A stretch of 64,000 bases of DNA from contig NC_086097.1 of the NCBI RefSeq assembly GCF_963921235.1, forward strand, positions 220,784,001 to 220,848,000, in the 5' to 3' direction. This document shows positions 39,208 to 53,231 of the stretch, piece by piece. Within the stretch, counting starts at the first letter, position 1. The number at the start of each line of letters is the position of its first letter. This DNA comes from Mobula hypostoma. Taxonomy: Eukaryota. Both the position numbers and the translations under genes were made by a program. The notes beneath the pieces were generated by a model, which saw only the letters and a program-made list of their open reading frames with translations, was not told where the DNA came from and made no database searches.

Positions 39208-41184
39208 TATAAGGCAGTTGAAAATCTAGTCAAGAAGAAAAGCTTACGAAAGGTTCAAAAAACTAGGTAATGATAGAGCTCTAGGAAATTATAAGGCTAG
39301 CAGGAAGGAGATTAAGAATGAAATTAGGAGAGCCAGAAGGGGTCATGAGAAGGCCTTGGCGAGCAGAATTAAGGAAAACCCCAAGGCATTCTACGAGTAT
39401 GTGAAGAGCAAGAGGATAAGATGTGAAAGAATAGGACCAATCAAATGTGACAGTGGAAAAGTGTGTATGGAACTGGAGGAGGTAGCGGAGGTAATTAATG
39501 AGTACTTTGCTTCAGTATTCACTATGGAAAAGGACCTTGGTGATTGTAGGGATGGCTTACAGCGGACCTATAACCTTGAGCAAATAGACATTAAAGAAGA
39601 GGACGTGCTGGAGCTTTCGGAAAGCATCAAATTGGATAAGTCACTGGGATTGGACGAGATATGCCCCAGGCTACTGTGGGAGGTGAGGGAGGAGATTGCT
39701 GAGCCTCTGGCAATGATCTTTGCATCAATTGGGACAGGAGAGGTTCCAGAGGATTGGAGGGTTGCTGATGTTCTTTCCTTGTGTAAGGGGGTCGAGATAG
39801 CCCAGGAAATTATAGATCAGTGAGTCTTACTTCAGTGGTTGGTAAGTTCCTAGAAAAGACCCTGAGAAACAGGATTTATGAACACTTGGAGTGGCATAAT
39901 ATGATAGTCAGTATGGCTTTGTGAAAGGCAGGTTGTGCCTTACAAGCCTGATTGAATTTTTTGAGGATGTGACTAAACACATTGATGGAGGTAGAGCAGA
40001 TGCAGTGTATATGGATTTCAGCAAGGCATTTGATAAGGCACTCCATGCAAGGCTTATTGAGGAAGTAAGGAGGCACGGGATCCAAGGGGACATTGCTTTG
40101 TGGGTCCAGAACTGACTTGCACACAGAAGGCAAAGAGTGGTTGTAAATGGGCCATATTCAGCATGGAAGTTGGTGACCAGTGGTGTGCCTCAGGGATCTG
40201 TTCCAGGACTACTTCTCTTCCTGATTTTTATGAATGACCTGGATGAAGTGGAGGGATAGGTTAGTAAGTTTGCTGATGACACAAAGGTTGGAGGTGTTGT
40301 GGATAGTGTGGAGGGCTGTCAGAGGTTACAGCAGGACATTGATAGGGTGCAAAACTGGGCTGAGAAGTGGCAGATGGAGTTCAACCCAGATAAGTGTGAA
40401 GTGGTTCATTTTGGTAGGTCAAATATGATGGGCAGCATATAGTATTAATGGTGGAGGAACAGAGGGATCTTGGGGTCCGAGTCCATAGGCACTTAAAGCT
40501 ACTGTGCAGGTTGACTCTGTGATTAAGGCGGCATGTGGTGTATTGGCCTTCATCAACCGTGGGATTGAGTTTAAGAGCCAAGAGGTTATGTTACAGCTAT
40601 ATAGGATCCTGGTCAGACCCCACTTGGAGTACTGTGCTCAGTTCTCGTCACCTCACTACAGGAAGGATGTGGAAACTATAGAAAAAGTTGTAAAACGTTG
40701 TAAAAAAGTTGTAAACCGAGGAGGTTTACAAGGATGTTGCCTGGATTGGGGAGCATGCCTAATGAGAATAGGTTGAGTGAACTTGGCCTTTTCTCCTTGG
40801 AGCGACATAGGATGAGAGGTGACCTGATAGAGGTGTATAAGATGATGAGAGGCATTAATCGTGTGGATAGTCAGAGGCTTTTTCCAGGGCTCAAATAACT
40901 AACATGAGAGGGCACAGTTTAAGGTGCTTGAAAGTAGGTATAGAGGAGATGTCAGGGGTAAGTTTTTTTAAATCAGAGAGTGGTGAGTGTGTGGAATGGG
41001 CTGCCAGCGATGATGGTGGAGGTGGATGCAATAGGGTCTTTTAAGAGGCTCCTGGATAGGTACCTGGAGCTTAGAAAAATAGAGGGCTATGGGTAACCTG
41101 AGGTAACTTCTAAAGTAAGTACATGTTCGGCACAGCTTTGTGGGCCGAAGGGACTGTACTGTGCTGTAGGCTTTCTATGTTTCT
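39208..41184 (+). mobile_element. CR1 LINE in TRAM1 intron 8 (antisense), 5'-truncated
   Basis: RT remnants; tttctatgtttct tail; TSD aatttgt at 39201-39207 and 41185-41191. Confidence 0.92.
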
Positions 41185-42669
41185 AATTTGTAAAACACCA
41201 TCAATAAATAATAAACCATAATGATTTCAGATTCACTGAGAAAACAATAGTCAACAATAGAAATGAAAACACCATTTTTCCATCGTGTGCATGATTATTT
41301 GAAAACTCATATGCAGAATAATCTATCCATTCCTAAATTTTCTCAACACTTGTGATTAAACATTTATAACCCCCCCCAAACAGCCAAGATAAATCAGTTA
41401 TCTTGTGTCGAACTGCATCGTCACCCAAACAGTAATCTCCAATAGTAATTTCAATAATTTGATTTATATTAATAATTTCAATAATTTGATTTATACACAA
41501 TATGGATCACTGAGGAACATGTACGTTTCCAAACATGTGACAGGAAATGCCACTTAAAGTGACTTACACAAGTGTTCTCCCCATAATTTCTAGAGTAAAA
41601 TATTAATGAAACTAATAACTCTTCTTAGTTAATAGCATTTAAAAAATGTTCAACAGTTAATTTCATTTACTGGCTTACTTTCCTCCTGTTCTGTTTCAGT
41701 AAATGTTCTTTGCAAACCAAATTGCATTCACACTTGTCGAATAGCACTGAGCTGTTTCAATGCTCGATGATACGTACACATTAGAAGCAGGATAAAGTCA
41801 TTCAACTACTTAGGTATTCTCCATCATTTAATAAGGTTGTGGTTAAACTTTCACGTCCTTGCTTCTCAAGAACCAGTGTGCAGTTGCCTTGAAAACATTC
41901 AAAAACCCTGATTCAACTGGCTCTCGAACAAGAGTTACAAAAACTCATGATCATCCAAGCGAAAAAAGCCTCATCTGTCTTACTATGGAGAATCCTTTTT
42001 TTTAAAAACACAGGTGTCTAAATTTTTATGCTCTCTCATAAGACAAAAGATCTCTTCTACAACCACGCTATCAAGACACTTCAGGATTTGCAATGTTTCA
42101 GTCAAGTCTTCCTTTACTTTTCTAAACCCTACTGGGAACAAACTGGCCAATCTTTCCTGAAGAGACAATCCACCCACTCACGTAGTTATTGGGCAAAGTT
42201 CTGTAGTCTGCTTCCAAACTCATTAATATTCCTCCCCAAATAATAATTATAATACTTGAAATGTGGATTTAGGAATGCTCCATATAACTGAAGCATAACC
42301 TCCCTTTCAGCTCCCCTATGAATAAATAACATTGTTAACTTTCTCTTGGATTGCAGTATCTGAATATGAGAATTTTGTGAATTCCCTGAGTTATTTAATC
42401 TCACAGTATCTCGATGATGTGATTTATATACCAAATCAAATTCACAAACTGAGCCATCTGGTTAATAATATGGTTAATTCATTCAGGAAATAAGCTTCAG
42501 AAATGATGAACACTGGATGTTATATGCAAAAGCAGTATTCTTGTAGTGTCTTAGCTAATATTTATCCCTCAACTGCTGCTCTGATAGCACTGGAGAATCA
42601 ATTTAATAGTCAATACTTGTGCTTGCTACTGAACGCAGACCCAAGCAGTTACCCCCTCTCTCATACTTA

Positions 42670-42858
<189 letters not shown>

Positions 42859-43461
42859 TTATCCCCACTCACAGTAACAGTATCAAGATTAATATAGCAG
42901 TAACAAACTTGATACTCAACTGATCAAACATAGAAGTTAAAGCAGCCCGAAACTTGTCTCCAAATTAAGGGCAAATTTAGAAAGAATTGGAATACTAATT
43001 CCTGAACACAGAAACTAGGCAAGTCAAAAGGAAAGGTTTTCTTAAAATGAGATGGACAGACAAATCCAGACTGACGTGTTGCTTCTAGAAGCTAAATGGA
43101 CACATTCACAAGATAATCGGCAGTTTTCCAATGAGGGACAGAAATAGAAAACCAGATAACATAATTATATTTTAATTAAAAACACCTGTATGGCATCTTC
43201 AAATGCCAAGGTAGCATAGTGCTTAGCATGACACTGTTACAGCTCGGGGTGTTGGGAGTTTGGAGTTCAATTCCTGTGCTGTCTCTAAATATATGGTATC
43301 TCCAAATAAATAAATAAAACCAGGGAATAACAAAAAGTAGAAGTTATACAAGAACAAAATGTTGGGAAAACTTAATTTCCCAACCATATTAAGATAACCA
43401 TTATCTTAATCTGGAACAAATTGAGAAATGACGTTTTATGGACACGTACGTAGGGCTAGAT

Positions 43462-43524
43462 CAGGGGTTCCCAACCTTGCTTAATGTTATTGGTCCATGG
43501 CATAAAAAAGGTTGGGAACCCCTG
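43462..43524. mobile_element. 63-bp hAT (Charlie-like) MITE
   Basis: perfect 17-bp TIR caggggttcccaacctt / aaggttgggaacccctg; 8-bp TSD ggctagat at 43454-43461 and 43525-43532. Confidence 0.92.
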
Positions 43525-43984
43525 GGCTAGATGATGACAGATGGCAGAACCTCGTGTTGAGATAATAAATAGCAGGGTTTGGCTGGGTTGAATGACCGTT
43601 CAGGCTATACATTCTATCAAGGAGGAAAAAGACTGCTAGTTGAGGTTAATGCCACAATTTTTATTTTTAAAAACCATGTAACTGAAACTACCCATGATTA
43701 AATAAGAAAGGTAATTGTTTTGAGGTAACCTATAAATCATGTCCTGTTAAGTTTAGTTCAGTTTTTAAACAAGGTATTGAGATTTAAAAAGAAATTTCCC
43801 TTTAGAAATTGCTATTATGGTTAAGTGCTATAGCCTGCTTTTGATTATTTAACAGCCCTTTCATTGAAAACAGGAACTTCTGCTTATCAAATTTGTTGAG
43901 GGTTATTTTAAATGTCTTATTCGAATAAATGTTACCTTTTGAGGTTTTCCCCTCATTCACATCATTTTGAAAAAAACAACTTAC

Positions 43985-44055
43985 TTTAACAGGTAAGCTC
44001 CAGCAATGTGAAAAATGTACAAACTTGTATACACAAGCTGCCGAGGAATATCTTC
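43985..44055 (-). CDS. TRAM1: TRAM1 exon 7 (EDIPRQLVYTSLYIFHIAGAYLL)
   Basis: cttttag acceptor; 71 nt; AA|gtaagt donor; EDIPRQL...HIAGAYLL motif. Confidence 0.95.
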
Positions 44056-44269
44056 CTAAAAGCAAAAAGACACTCAATTGATTAGAAATCAGCGACAGCA
44101 CAGAATAATTCAAGAGTTCACTTTTAGACTTTAAATCAAAACCTTTTCTGGAATGCATAAAACTACCGTAAAATTGGAATGTCTTCAGCAATATATACAG
44201 AAAATTCAAATAATCAATATGCAATAAACTCTAATGCTGATTTTCTAACTGGCTATCAGTACATGAAAC

Positions 44270-44790
44270 ACTTTCACTAAACAAGAGAAAGGGTGTAACA
44301 CTGAGGCTTTACAAGGTATTGATCAGACCTCATTTGAAGCATTGTGAGCAGTTTTGGGCCCAATATCTAAGGAAGGATGTACTGGTATTGAAGACAGTCC
44401 AGAGAAGGTTCAAGAGAATGATCCCGAGAACTAAAGTGTTGATGAATGAGGGACTCCGGGCCTGTACAAATGTACACACTGGAGTATAGGATGGGGGAGG
44501 GGTGGAATCTCATTGAAACCTACCAAATAGCTTAGATAGAGTGACCGCGGAGATGATGTTTCCTGAAGTGGGAGAGTCTAGGACCGGAGGGCATAGCCTC
44601 AAAGGAAGGACATCACTTCCACCAGTGGGTGGTGAATCTGTGGAATTCTTTGCCACAAATGGCTGTGAAGGCCGTCATTAGTTATATTTAAAGCAGAGCT
44701 TGATAAATTCTTAATTACTAAGGGTGTCAGGAAGAAGGCAGGAGAATGGAGTTCAGTGGGAAAATAAATTGGCCATAATCAAATGGCAGA
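44270..44790 (+). mobile_element. Degraded CR1 3' fragment
   Basis: LYKVLIRPHLKHCEQFWAQYLRKD motif and CR1-like 3' end. Confidence 0.75.
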
Positions 44791-45202
44791 GAATACTTGA
44801 CGTGTATGCTCAGCACATGGAGGGGGTGGGGGGATGGTTCCTTTTCCCAATGAGCCATGCTTTACTGACAATGGTTGGAAGGCTGAGATACAAAGAAGGA
44901 ACATTGTCTATGATTCTGTCAGACTTGGGAATGGTGTAAGGATGTCTGCAGGAAGAAGTGAGGATGAGAAGGATTGTGGTTCCAGAGTTAAGGTAGGAAA
45001 GTCAAGAGGCCTTGATCTCATGGTGGAACGAGAGGGAATACTGATGCATTTTAAAAGATAGTAATGCAGGATAAAACATTATATGGTAAAACTCTTAAAC
45101 TGGCATGGTCTGGAATATGGTGATATGAATTCGCAAATTTTTCAGACCTCCATTCTTATTAATACTCCAACACACTTTTAATTCATATTTCTCTTAAAAT
45201 TT

Positions 45203-46118
45203 GAAGTTCAAAGTAAATTTATTATCAAAGTACATACATGTCATTTACAATGCTGAGATTCATTTTCTTGTGGGCATACTCAATAAATCCATAACAGAGT
45301 AACAGCCAGTGTGCAAAAGACAACAAGCTGTGCAAATACAAAAAGAAAGAAGTAATAATAAATAAATAAGTAATAAATATCAAGGGCGTGAGATGAAGAG
45401 TCCTTGAAAGTGAGTCCATAGGTTGTGGGACATTTCACTGATGTGGCAAGTGAAGTTGAGTGAAGCTATCCCCTTCAATTCAACAGCCTGATGACTGAAG
45501 GGTAATAACTGTTCCCGAACCTGGATGTGAGTCATGAAGCTCCTGTATCTTCTTGCTGATGGCAGCAGTGAGACGAGAGCAAGATGTGGGTAGTGGTCTC
45601 TGATGATAGATGCTGCTTTCCTGTGACAACACTCCATGTGCTCATTGGAGGGAAGCGCTTTACCATGATGTACTCTGGGCAGTATCAACTACTTTTTGTA
45701 GGATTTCCATTCAAGGGATTGGTGTTTCCATACCAGACCATGATGCAGCCAGCCAATATACTCTTCACCACACATCTATCGGAGTTTGTCAAAGTTTTAG
45801 ATGTCATGGTGAAACATTGCAAACTCCAAAGGAAGAAGAGGCGCTTCGTAACTGCACTTTTGTGCTGGGTCCAGGACAGGTGCTCTGAAATGATAACACC
45901 GGGGAATTTAAAGTTGCTGACCCTCTCCACCTCTGATCCTCCGGTGAGGACTGGCTCATGGACCTCTGGTTTCCTCATCAATAATTAACACCTTAGTCTT
46001 GCTGAGACTGAGTGACAGGTTTTTGCTGTGGCATCAATCATCCACATTTTCAATCTCCCTCCTATATACCGATTCATCACCACCTTTGATTTGGCCTACA
46101 ACAGTGGTGTCGTCAGTG
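45203..46118 (-). mobile_element. Rex1/Babar 3' fragment
   Basis: [23 protein letters not shown]...; RKAASII; gttcaaag tail. Confidence 0.8.
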
Positions 46119-46923
46119 CTATAAGTTTTCTAAAGGCTCCGGTGTCAAAGGGAGCAGAGAACTGTGGCCCGTGTCAGAGGGAGTCAAAGTTCCAAACAAA
46201 CTGATAGCAGTTTATCAATTTTTACTGTACTTGTATGTCTCAAATATTCCCATTTCTTACAGGTGGTTAACATGGAAAACATGAGTGACACTTTTCAGGT
46301 GTGATGGTAATGGGAAAAGCCCCACCACAAAAAAGGACAGCAGATAAGCATCAAGGGCTTCCTTGACAGTTACCGCAAAGGACCATGTAGTATACAGGTA
46401 TGTCATCAATGCAAGTGCATAGTTCCCCAGATGTTCAGCCTGCTAAACTCAACTGATCTGCTAAACACCAAGCAGCACATGCAATGGCCATAAATTATTG
46501 ATGGGCCCTTTATACCAGAGAACTTGGCAGTAAACACCAGCAGGGTATTCAACTGCAGTGAGAGGTACAAGAGAAGAAACCAACCACACTGTCCTTTATC
46601 GATCAATTGCAAACACACCTACCCACTTCAATGAATCTCTTGATTAGCAACTGAAGCCTTTCACTTCCTACCTAGCCAACAGGCTCCTTTACCTAGTTTC
46701 CCTGGTCATGAAAAGATTATCAACTCAACCCAGAATCATTTTGCTTGGTCATGGCTTTAAATACTCATTAATCAGGGAAACTCAAAAACGACAGTCATTA
46801 CAAAGCTTACAAGTTCACTAGACCGCCCTAACACAGAGCTTAATTTGAAGCAAAGTCAAGACTGAACTTCTCTGCCATGGCGTTTATTAGCAAATCTTAT
46901 TTCACTTTATGTTAATCAGCTTA

Positions 46924-47160
<237 letters not shown>

Positions 47161-47732
47161 TTAAAATGCACCTAGTCATCTTAACTCATACAAATAGTTA
47201 AGTACATCACAGCCAATATATTTATAAAATATTTTGGGAGTATCATTGCAAATATCAACAAAAGTAGTTGCGGATAACCCTGAAACACTGCAGCAACTAC
47301 TGACAACGAATGTTTGCTAGCAGCTATGTTGCTGCACAGAAGACAGTATCATATATTTCTTCTTCTGAGAAACTTCTCTTTCCTACATTCATTCTAAATA
47401 CTAAAAGTGGTAACAATCTTACCTGGAGTTGGAGCATGAGCATTAGTGTCAAACTAAACAGCTACCAGCGAACAAACACAGAGCATCACATTTCAGCTCT
47501 TGGATATCAGTCACAACTGCTTCTCAATAAACCAGCTTCATTCCATTGCCATAATTTTCTTTAATGTCCCACGTGATCATAATAGCTTCAATTGTTACAA
47601 ATTAAATAAAGGCCTGGCTCAGCCATAATGTCATATCAGGTGAAGTACAGATCAGAAATCAAATTATGGCTCTTTTGAACTTGAAGTTTAGTATTACATT
47701 AGTAGAACGACTGAAAAGGGAAGTTTCTACCA

Positions 47733-49460
47733 CAAACAAGAGAAAAATCTACAGATGATGGAAATCCAAGGAACACACACACACAATACTGGAGGAACTC
47801 AGCAAGTCAGGCAGCACCGATGGAAAAGAGTCAACAGTCGATGTTTTGGGCTGAGACTGGACTGGAGAAAAAAAGATGAGAAGTCAGAAAAGAAGGGGAG
47901 GAAGAAATATAAAGTAGTAGGTGATAGGGGAAACCAGGAAGGGGGAGGGGTGAAGTAGCGAGCTCGGAAGCCGATCGGTGAAAGAGATAAAGGGTTGGAG
48001 AAGGGGGAATCTGACAGGGGAGGACAGAAGGCCATGAAGAAAGGGAAGGGGGGAGGAGCAACAGAGGGAGGTAATGGGCAGGCAAAGAGATAAGGTGATA
48101 AAAAAATGGGAATGGGAAATGGTGGGAGGGGGAAGGGGGGCAATTATTGGAAGATCAAGAAATCGATGCTCATGCTATCAGGTTGGGGGCTATTGTGGCA
48201 GTGGAGGAGGCCATAGACTGACATATCAGAATGGGAAGTAGAATTAAAATGGGTGGCCACCAGGAAATCCCACTTTTTTCTGGCAGATGGAGCGTAGGTG
48301 CTTGGCAAAGAGTTCTCCCAACCTAGATTGGGTCCCACCACACTAGGAGCACCAGATACAACAGATGACTTCAACAGACTCACAGGTGAAGTGTCACCTC
48401 ACCTGGAAGGCCTGTTTGGAGCCCTGAATGTTAGTGAGGGAAGAGGTGTGGGGGAGTGTAGCACTTGTAAGAAGTGCCAGGGGGGAGATCAGTGGGGAGG
48501 GACGAATGGACAAGAGTTGCGTAAGGAGTGATCCCTGTGGAAAGCGGGGCATAAATGTGCTTGATGGTGGGATCCCACTGGAGATGGTAGATGTTACAAA
48601 GAATTACGTGCTGGATGTGGAGGCTGGTGGGGTGATAGGTGAGGACAAGAGAAAGCCAATCCCTGGTGGGGTAGTGGGAGGATGGAGTGAAAGCAGACAT
48701 GCGTGTAATGGAAGAGATGTGGTTGAGGGTAACAATGATGTTGGAGGAAAGGAAGCCAATTTCTTTGAAGGAGGAAATACTCCAATCCTTAGTTCTGGAA
48801 TGAAAAGCTTCATCCTGACAGCAGATGTGGCGGAGACAGAGAAATTGAGAGAAGGGGATGACATAAGTAACAGGGTGGGAAGAGATATAGTCCAGGCAGC
48901 TGTGAGAATCAGTGGGTTTATAAATGATATCAGTAGATAAGCTATCTCCAGAAATTGAGAAAGAGTCAGAAATGGACGAGATAAATTCGAAGGCAGGGTG
49001 AAAGTTGGAGGCAATAAGTTGACGAATTTGACGAGCTCCATGTGGAGCAGCAGCAGCATCAATACCAATGCAGTCGTCGATGTAGCATAGGAAAAATTGG
49101 GGACTGATACCAGTGTAGGTTTAGAACATAGACCGTAACACGTAGCCGACAAAAAGGCAGGCATAGCTGGAATCCATGTGAGTGCCCATGGCTGCGCCTT
49201 TTGTTTGAAGGAAATGGGAGAAATTATTGAGAGTGAGAGCCAGTTCTACCAGATGGAGGAGAGTGGTGGTGGAGGGAAATTGGTTGGGTCGGTGCTTGGA
49301 AAGAAATGGAGAGCATTGAGGCCTTCATGATGGGGGATAGAGGTGCATAGGGACTGGACATCCATAGTGACAATAAGATGATCAGGGCCAAGGAGCTTGA
49401 AATCATTGAAAAGATTAAGAGTGTGTGAAGTTACACAGATGTAGGTAGGACGGGACTGAC
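47733..49460 (-). mobile_element. Degraded Penelope-like element (RT + GIY-YIG remnants), TRAM1 intron 5
   Basis: TMDVQSLCTSIPH, LVLTYHPTSL, VATHFNSTSHSDMS; terminus with deleted hammerhead core. Confidence 0.85.
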
Positions 49461-49987
49461 TTAACATTTCAGAAAATAGCTAGAGGCAGAAAATCCAGAC
49501 AATCCCCAACTAAGCCTCAAACCAGAAGGTCTTGGATATGACTTGAGATCTGCATTGAAGCAATAGCAAAACTGCTGATTTAATAAAGTTTAATCAGCAA
49601 TGATCACATCTTAAACAAGATCAGGAAGTGGTCAGTAGAAGAAATCAGGTTCCCACAGAATCATAAGAATAACTTCATGCTCCTATACTCCCAATCAAGT
49701 CCTGGGCTCAAAAGGAAGACAAAAAAGTTTACAATCACGAATCCTTAACTTTCTGAGCCCAAATTCCAGCATAAACAGCTTCTTATTAGAAGTGCACCAA
49801 CATTGCACATGTATGCATGAGTCAACATTATAAGGTAGAGAAATAAAAAGGCAAAAATAGACTAAAGAGTCTTTCTCAAAAAAATTGAGTATTTTTAAAA
49901 CATTTTATTAGCTTTTTTTCAACCTTATGTTTTATACATAGTACAATTTATGCTTACATTCACTAAATTAATTATGAAAATACTTAC

Positions 49988-50046
49988 GGCATCAACGAGT
50001 GGGGGTAGTTTTCCCATAAGTTCCGAGGATTTGATGCATAATTTTC
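49988..50046 (-). CDS. TRAM1: TRAM1 exon 5 (ENYASNPRNLWENYPHSLMP)
   Basis: tctgtag acceptor; 59 nt; CC|gtaagt donor; LW-x-x-YPH motif; too short for the ORF track. Confidence 0.93.
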
Positions 50047-50076
50047 CTACAGACAAGATTTATTTGTTGAGACTAT

Positions 50077-51540
50077 TATTACTGGGCAGTTAATATTCGA
50101 TATCTTATGTTTTGGCTATATTATATTAATCGTGTAGACTGTCCGGTATGGGTTTCTTCAGAAGTTAACTCTGTTAATAAATTTTCTATTATTTCTCTTC
50201 TTGGATCCTCACTTCCTTTATGTGTAAGTAAAGTAACTGATAATTTAATAGTTAAACATACTCTGAGGATCTGGATACAATTTAGAAAATATTTTGGTTT
50301 ATTGAGATTTTCTCTTTCAAGTCCCAGTTATTCTAATTTTTTTTAAACCCTCCATGACTGATCTGGTTTTTAAAGAATGGGAAAGGTTGGGTATTAAATG
50401 TTTTTGGGATCTGTTTGTTTGAAGAAATCTTTTTTCATTTGAGCAATTGTCAGCTAAATATAGCTTACCCAAAACCCACTTTTTTAGATATCTACAAATC
50501 AGAGATTTTCTAAGCTCTCAGTTATGCACATTTCCTATAAGCTCAGATAAGAACTTACTAGACGTAATTTTTAATTTGACACCTTCTCATAATGGTTCAA
50601 TATCTAATATTTATGGTATGTTACTGGAGACGAGGAATGTCCTTTTAGACAAAATTAAGAGTCTCTGGGAAAAAGATTTACAGACATCAATATCTGAGGA
50701 AACTTGGAATGAAATTTTTAAACTGGTTAATACTTCATCGCTATGCGCTCGCCATTCCCTCATACAATTTAAGGTAGTACATAGAGTCCATATGACTAAA
50801 GATAAGCTTTCTCGTTTTTATTCGGATATATCTCCCTACTGTGACAGATGTAATAATGGAGAAGCTTCATTAATTCATGTTTTGAACTTGTCCGAGTCTT
50901 GAAAAATATTGGAAGGAAGTTTTTCAAACTTTTTCTTTACTTTTCAAAGTCAATTTTAAGCCTAATCCTCTGACGGCCCTATTCAGTATTGTTGCAGGAC
51001 AAGATATCAAACTGAAGACATCTGATTTACATATTTTGGTCTTTAGCCCTCTTAAAGCTAGGAGGGCGCTTTTGTTTAAATGGAAAGATGTTTTTCCTCC
51101 TACTCATGCTTAATGGTTATGCGACATTATGTCATGCTTAGAATTAGAGAAGATCTGTTGTTCAATTTCTGAATCTCATCAAGACTTTCAAACATTGTGG
51201 GGACCTTTTCTGAATTATTTTCAAAACTTCCAACATCTTCAATTTGTTATTTAAATTCAGATGTTGGCTATTACGAATTTTTATTATGTGAGAAGGTATT
51301 TTACCTTTTTTTCTCCTTAATAAACAGCTTCGGTCTTGGTTGGGGTTAGACTTTCTTTGTAATAAATTAGTATATTTCAATATAACTACTGATCAACTTA
51401 CATGAATACGGGGTAATGAGATTGTTACGAATAGATATAATGTAAATTGGTAGTTTAAAAAAAAATCTTTTGGACCTTTTATATATACTTTCTTGTACTC
51501 TGTATTCTTCTATGTAGAAACTAATAAGAATATTGGAAAC
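50077..51540 (+). mobile_element. L1-like LINE 3' fragment filling TRAM1 intron 4 (antisense)
   Basis: YYWAVNIRYL, HFFRYLQIR, LIQFKVVHR...CDRC; related to 12586-14730; TSD agactat at 50070-50076 and 51541-51547. Confidence 0.9.
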
Positions 51541-51546
51541 AGACTA

Positions 51547-51941
<395 letters not shown>

Positions 51942-52067
51942 TTACAATGTATTGACACTTAAAGACTACAATCACATGTGTAAAACGTAAGTACAAATAA
52001 GCCTTGTAGTAAAGTTTTGCAAGCTTTTACAATAAGTGGCAAATAAACAAATAAAGTTGACAAAGTA

Positions 52068-52459
52068 AGAGGGGTGATTGATAAGTTCGTGGCCTAAGGT
52101 AGAAACAGTCAATTTTAGGAAACCTTGCGCATTTATATTGCAACATAGTCCCCTCCTACATTTGCACACTCAGTCTGGCGGTCGTGGCGCATACGGATCT
52201 TGGACCTCCAGAAAGTGCCCACAGCAGGGGGTGATTGATAAGTTCGTGGCCCAAGGTAGAAGGAGATGAGTTATACAGTTCTTGTTACATGCACATGCAG
52301 TTCAACTCTGAGTGATTATGCAGAAAGTTTGAGGTTAATAACTCATCAGAGGTCATTGATAAGTTCGTGGCTTAAGATAGAAGGAGTTATTAACTTCAAA
52401 CTTTCTGCATAATCACTCAGAGTTGAACTGCATGTAACGAGAGCTGTATAACTAATCTC
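52068..52459. mobile_element. Rearranged mariner-like non-autonomous element with internal direct and inverted repeats
   Basis: TA followed by agaggggtgattgataagttcgtggcc; three direct copies of this terminus; ~76-bp inverted arms. Confidence 0.7.
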
Positions 52460-53231
52460 ATCAAATGAGACAATGAAACTGATAAAGCAAACAAGAACTT
52501 TGTGAAAACTTTAAGAAAGAGAAAACACTTCAAAACATTTCCCAGCACTTCACAATAAAAGTGACAGTGTGCATGCTTCATACAGCATTACGTTGCTCAT
52601 TGCTAAATATGGAAAGCCCCATAAAAGAAAGAGAGATTCCGAGAAGGGTTTTGCATTCTCTAAGTCACCAGACCACATAATTAGTCAGCGGCAAATGGTC
52701 AGACTCAGCGACAACTCTGTTCAAAGCCAAAAAGATGAAATGTCTGAGAATTAGGAACACATACCTGGGCAACAGAATTATGCAACATACTTAGGACAAC
52801 AGAATTTGCTCTGAAGTTGGATAAATCAAGTTTGTTAGGCAATGAGTCTTTGCTTCTTGGTTATGATCACTTCATAAAACATGAAAGCATAGGTCGAGTT
52901 ATTTTTTTGCAAGGGAACTACAAACAGATACGAAGGGGGAGTCAATATTTTGGGTTGTTGAGCAATTGCTATGATACAAAATAAATAGTGCAAAAAATGG
53001 AATAACAGTTGAGTTTGGGTTGTTATTGCAACCACTGATCTCAGATCTCTCTCGTAACTGTACGCCTTCTCATTGCCACCTGATCCCAAGTCCAGAATTC
53101 CCCCCCTCAACTGCTTCTTAATCTTCTTGACCTTAAAAAGACACTTTCAAATATTGACTAATATCTCTTACGTGGCATTCAACAACACTTCTCAGGATGC
53201 TAAAAATGCTGAGTATTTGAACTAATACCAT

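Noticed and set aside
47270..47565. Alternative positions for TRAM1 exon 5 (NY- and GYP-like words)
   Set aside because: No proper splice sites or phase; 49988-50046 fits in sequence, length and phase
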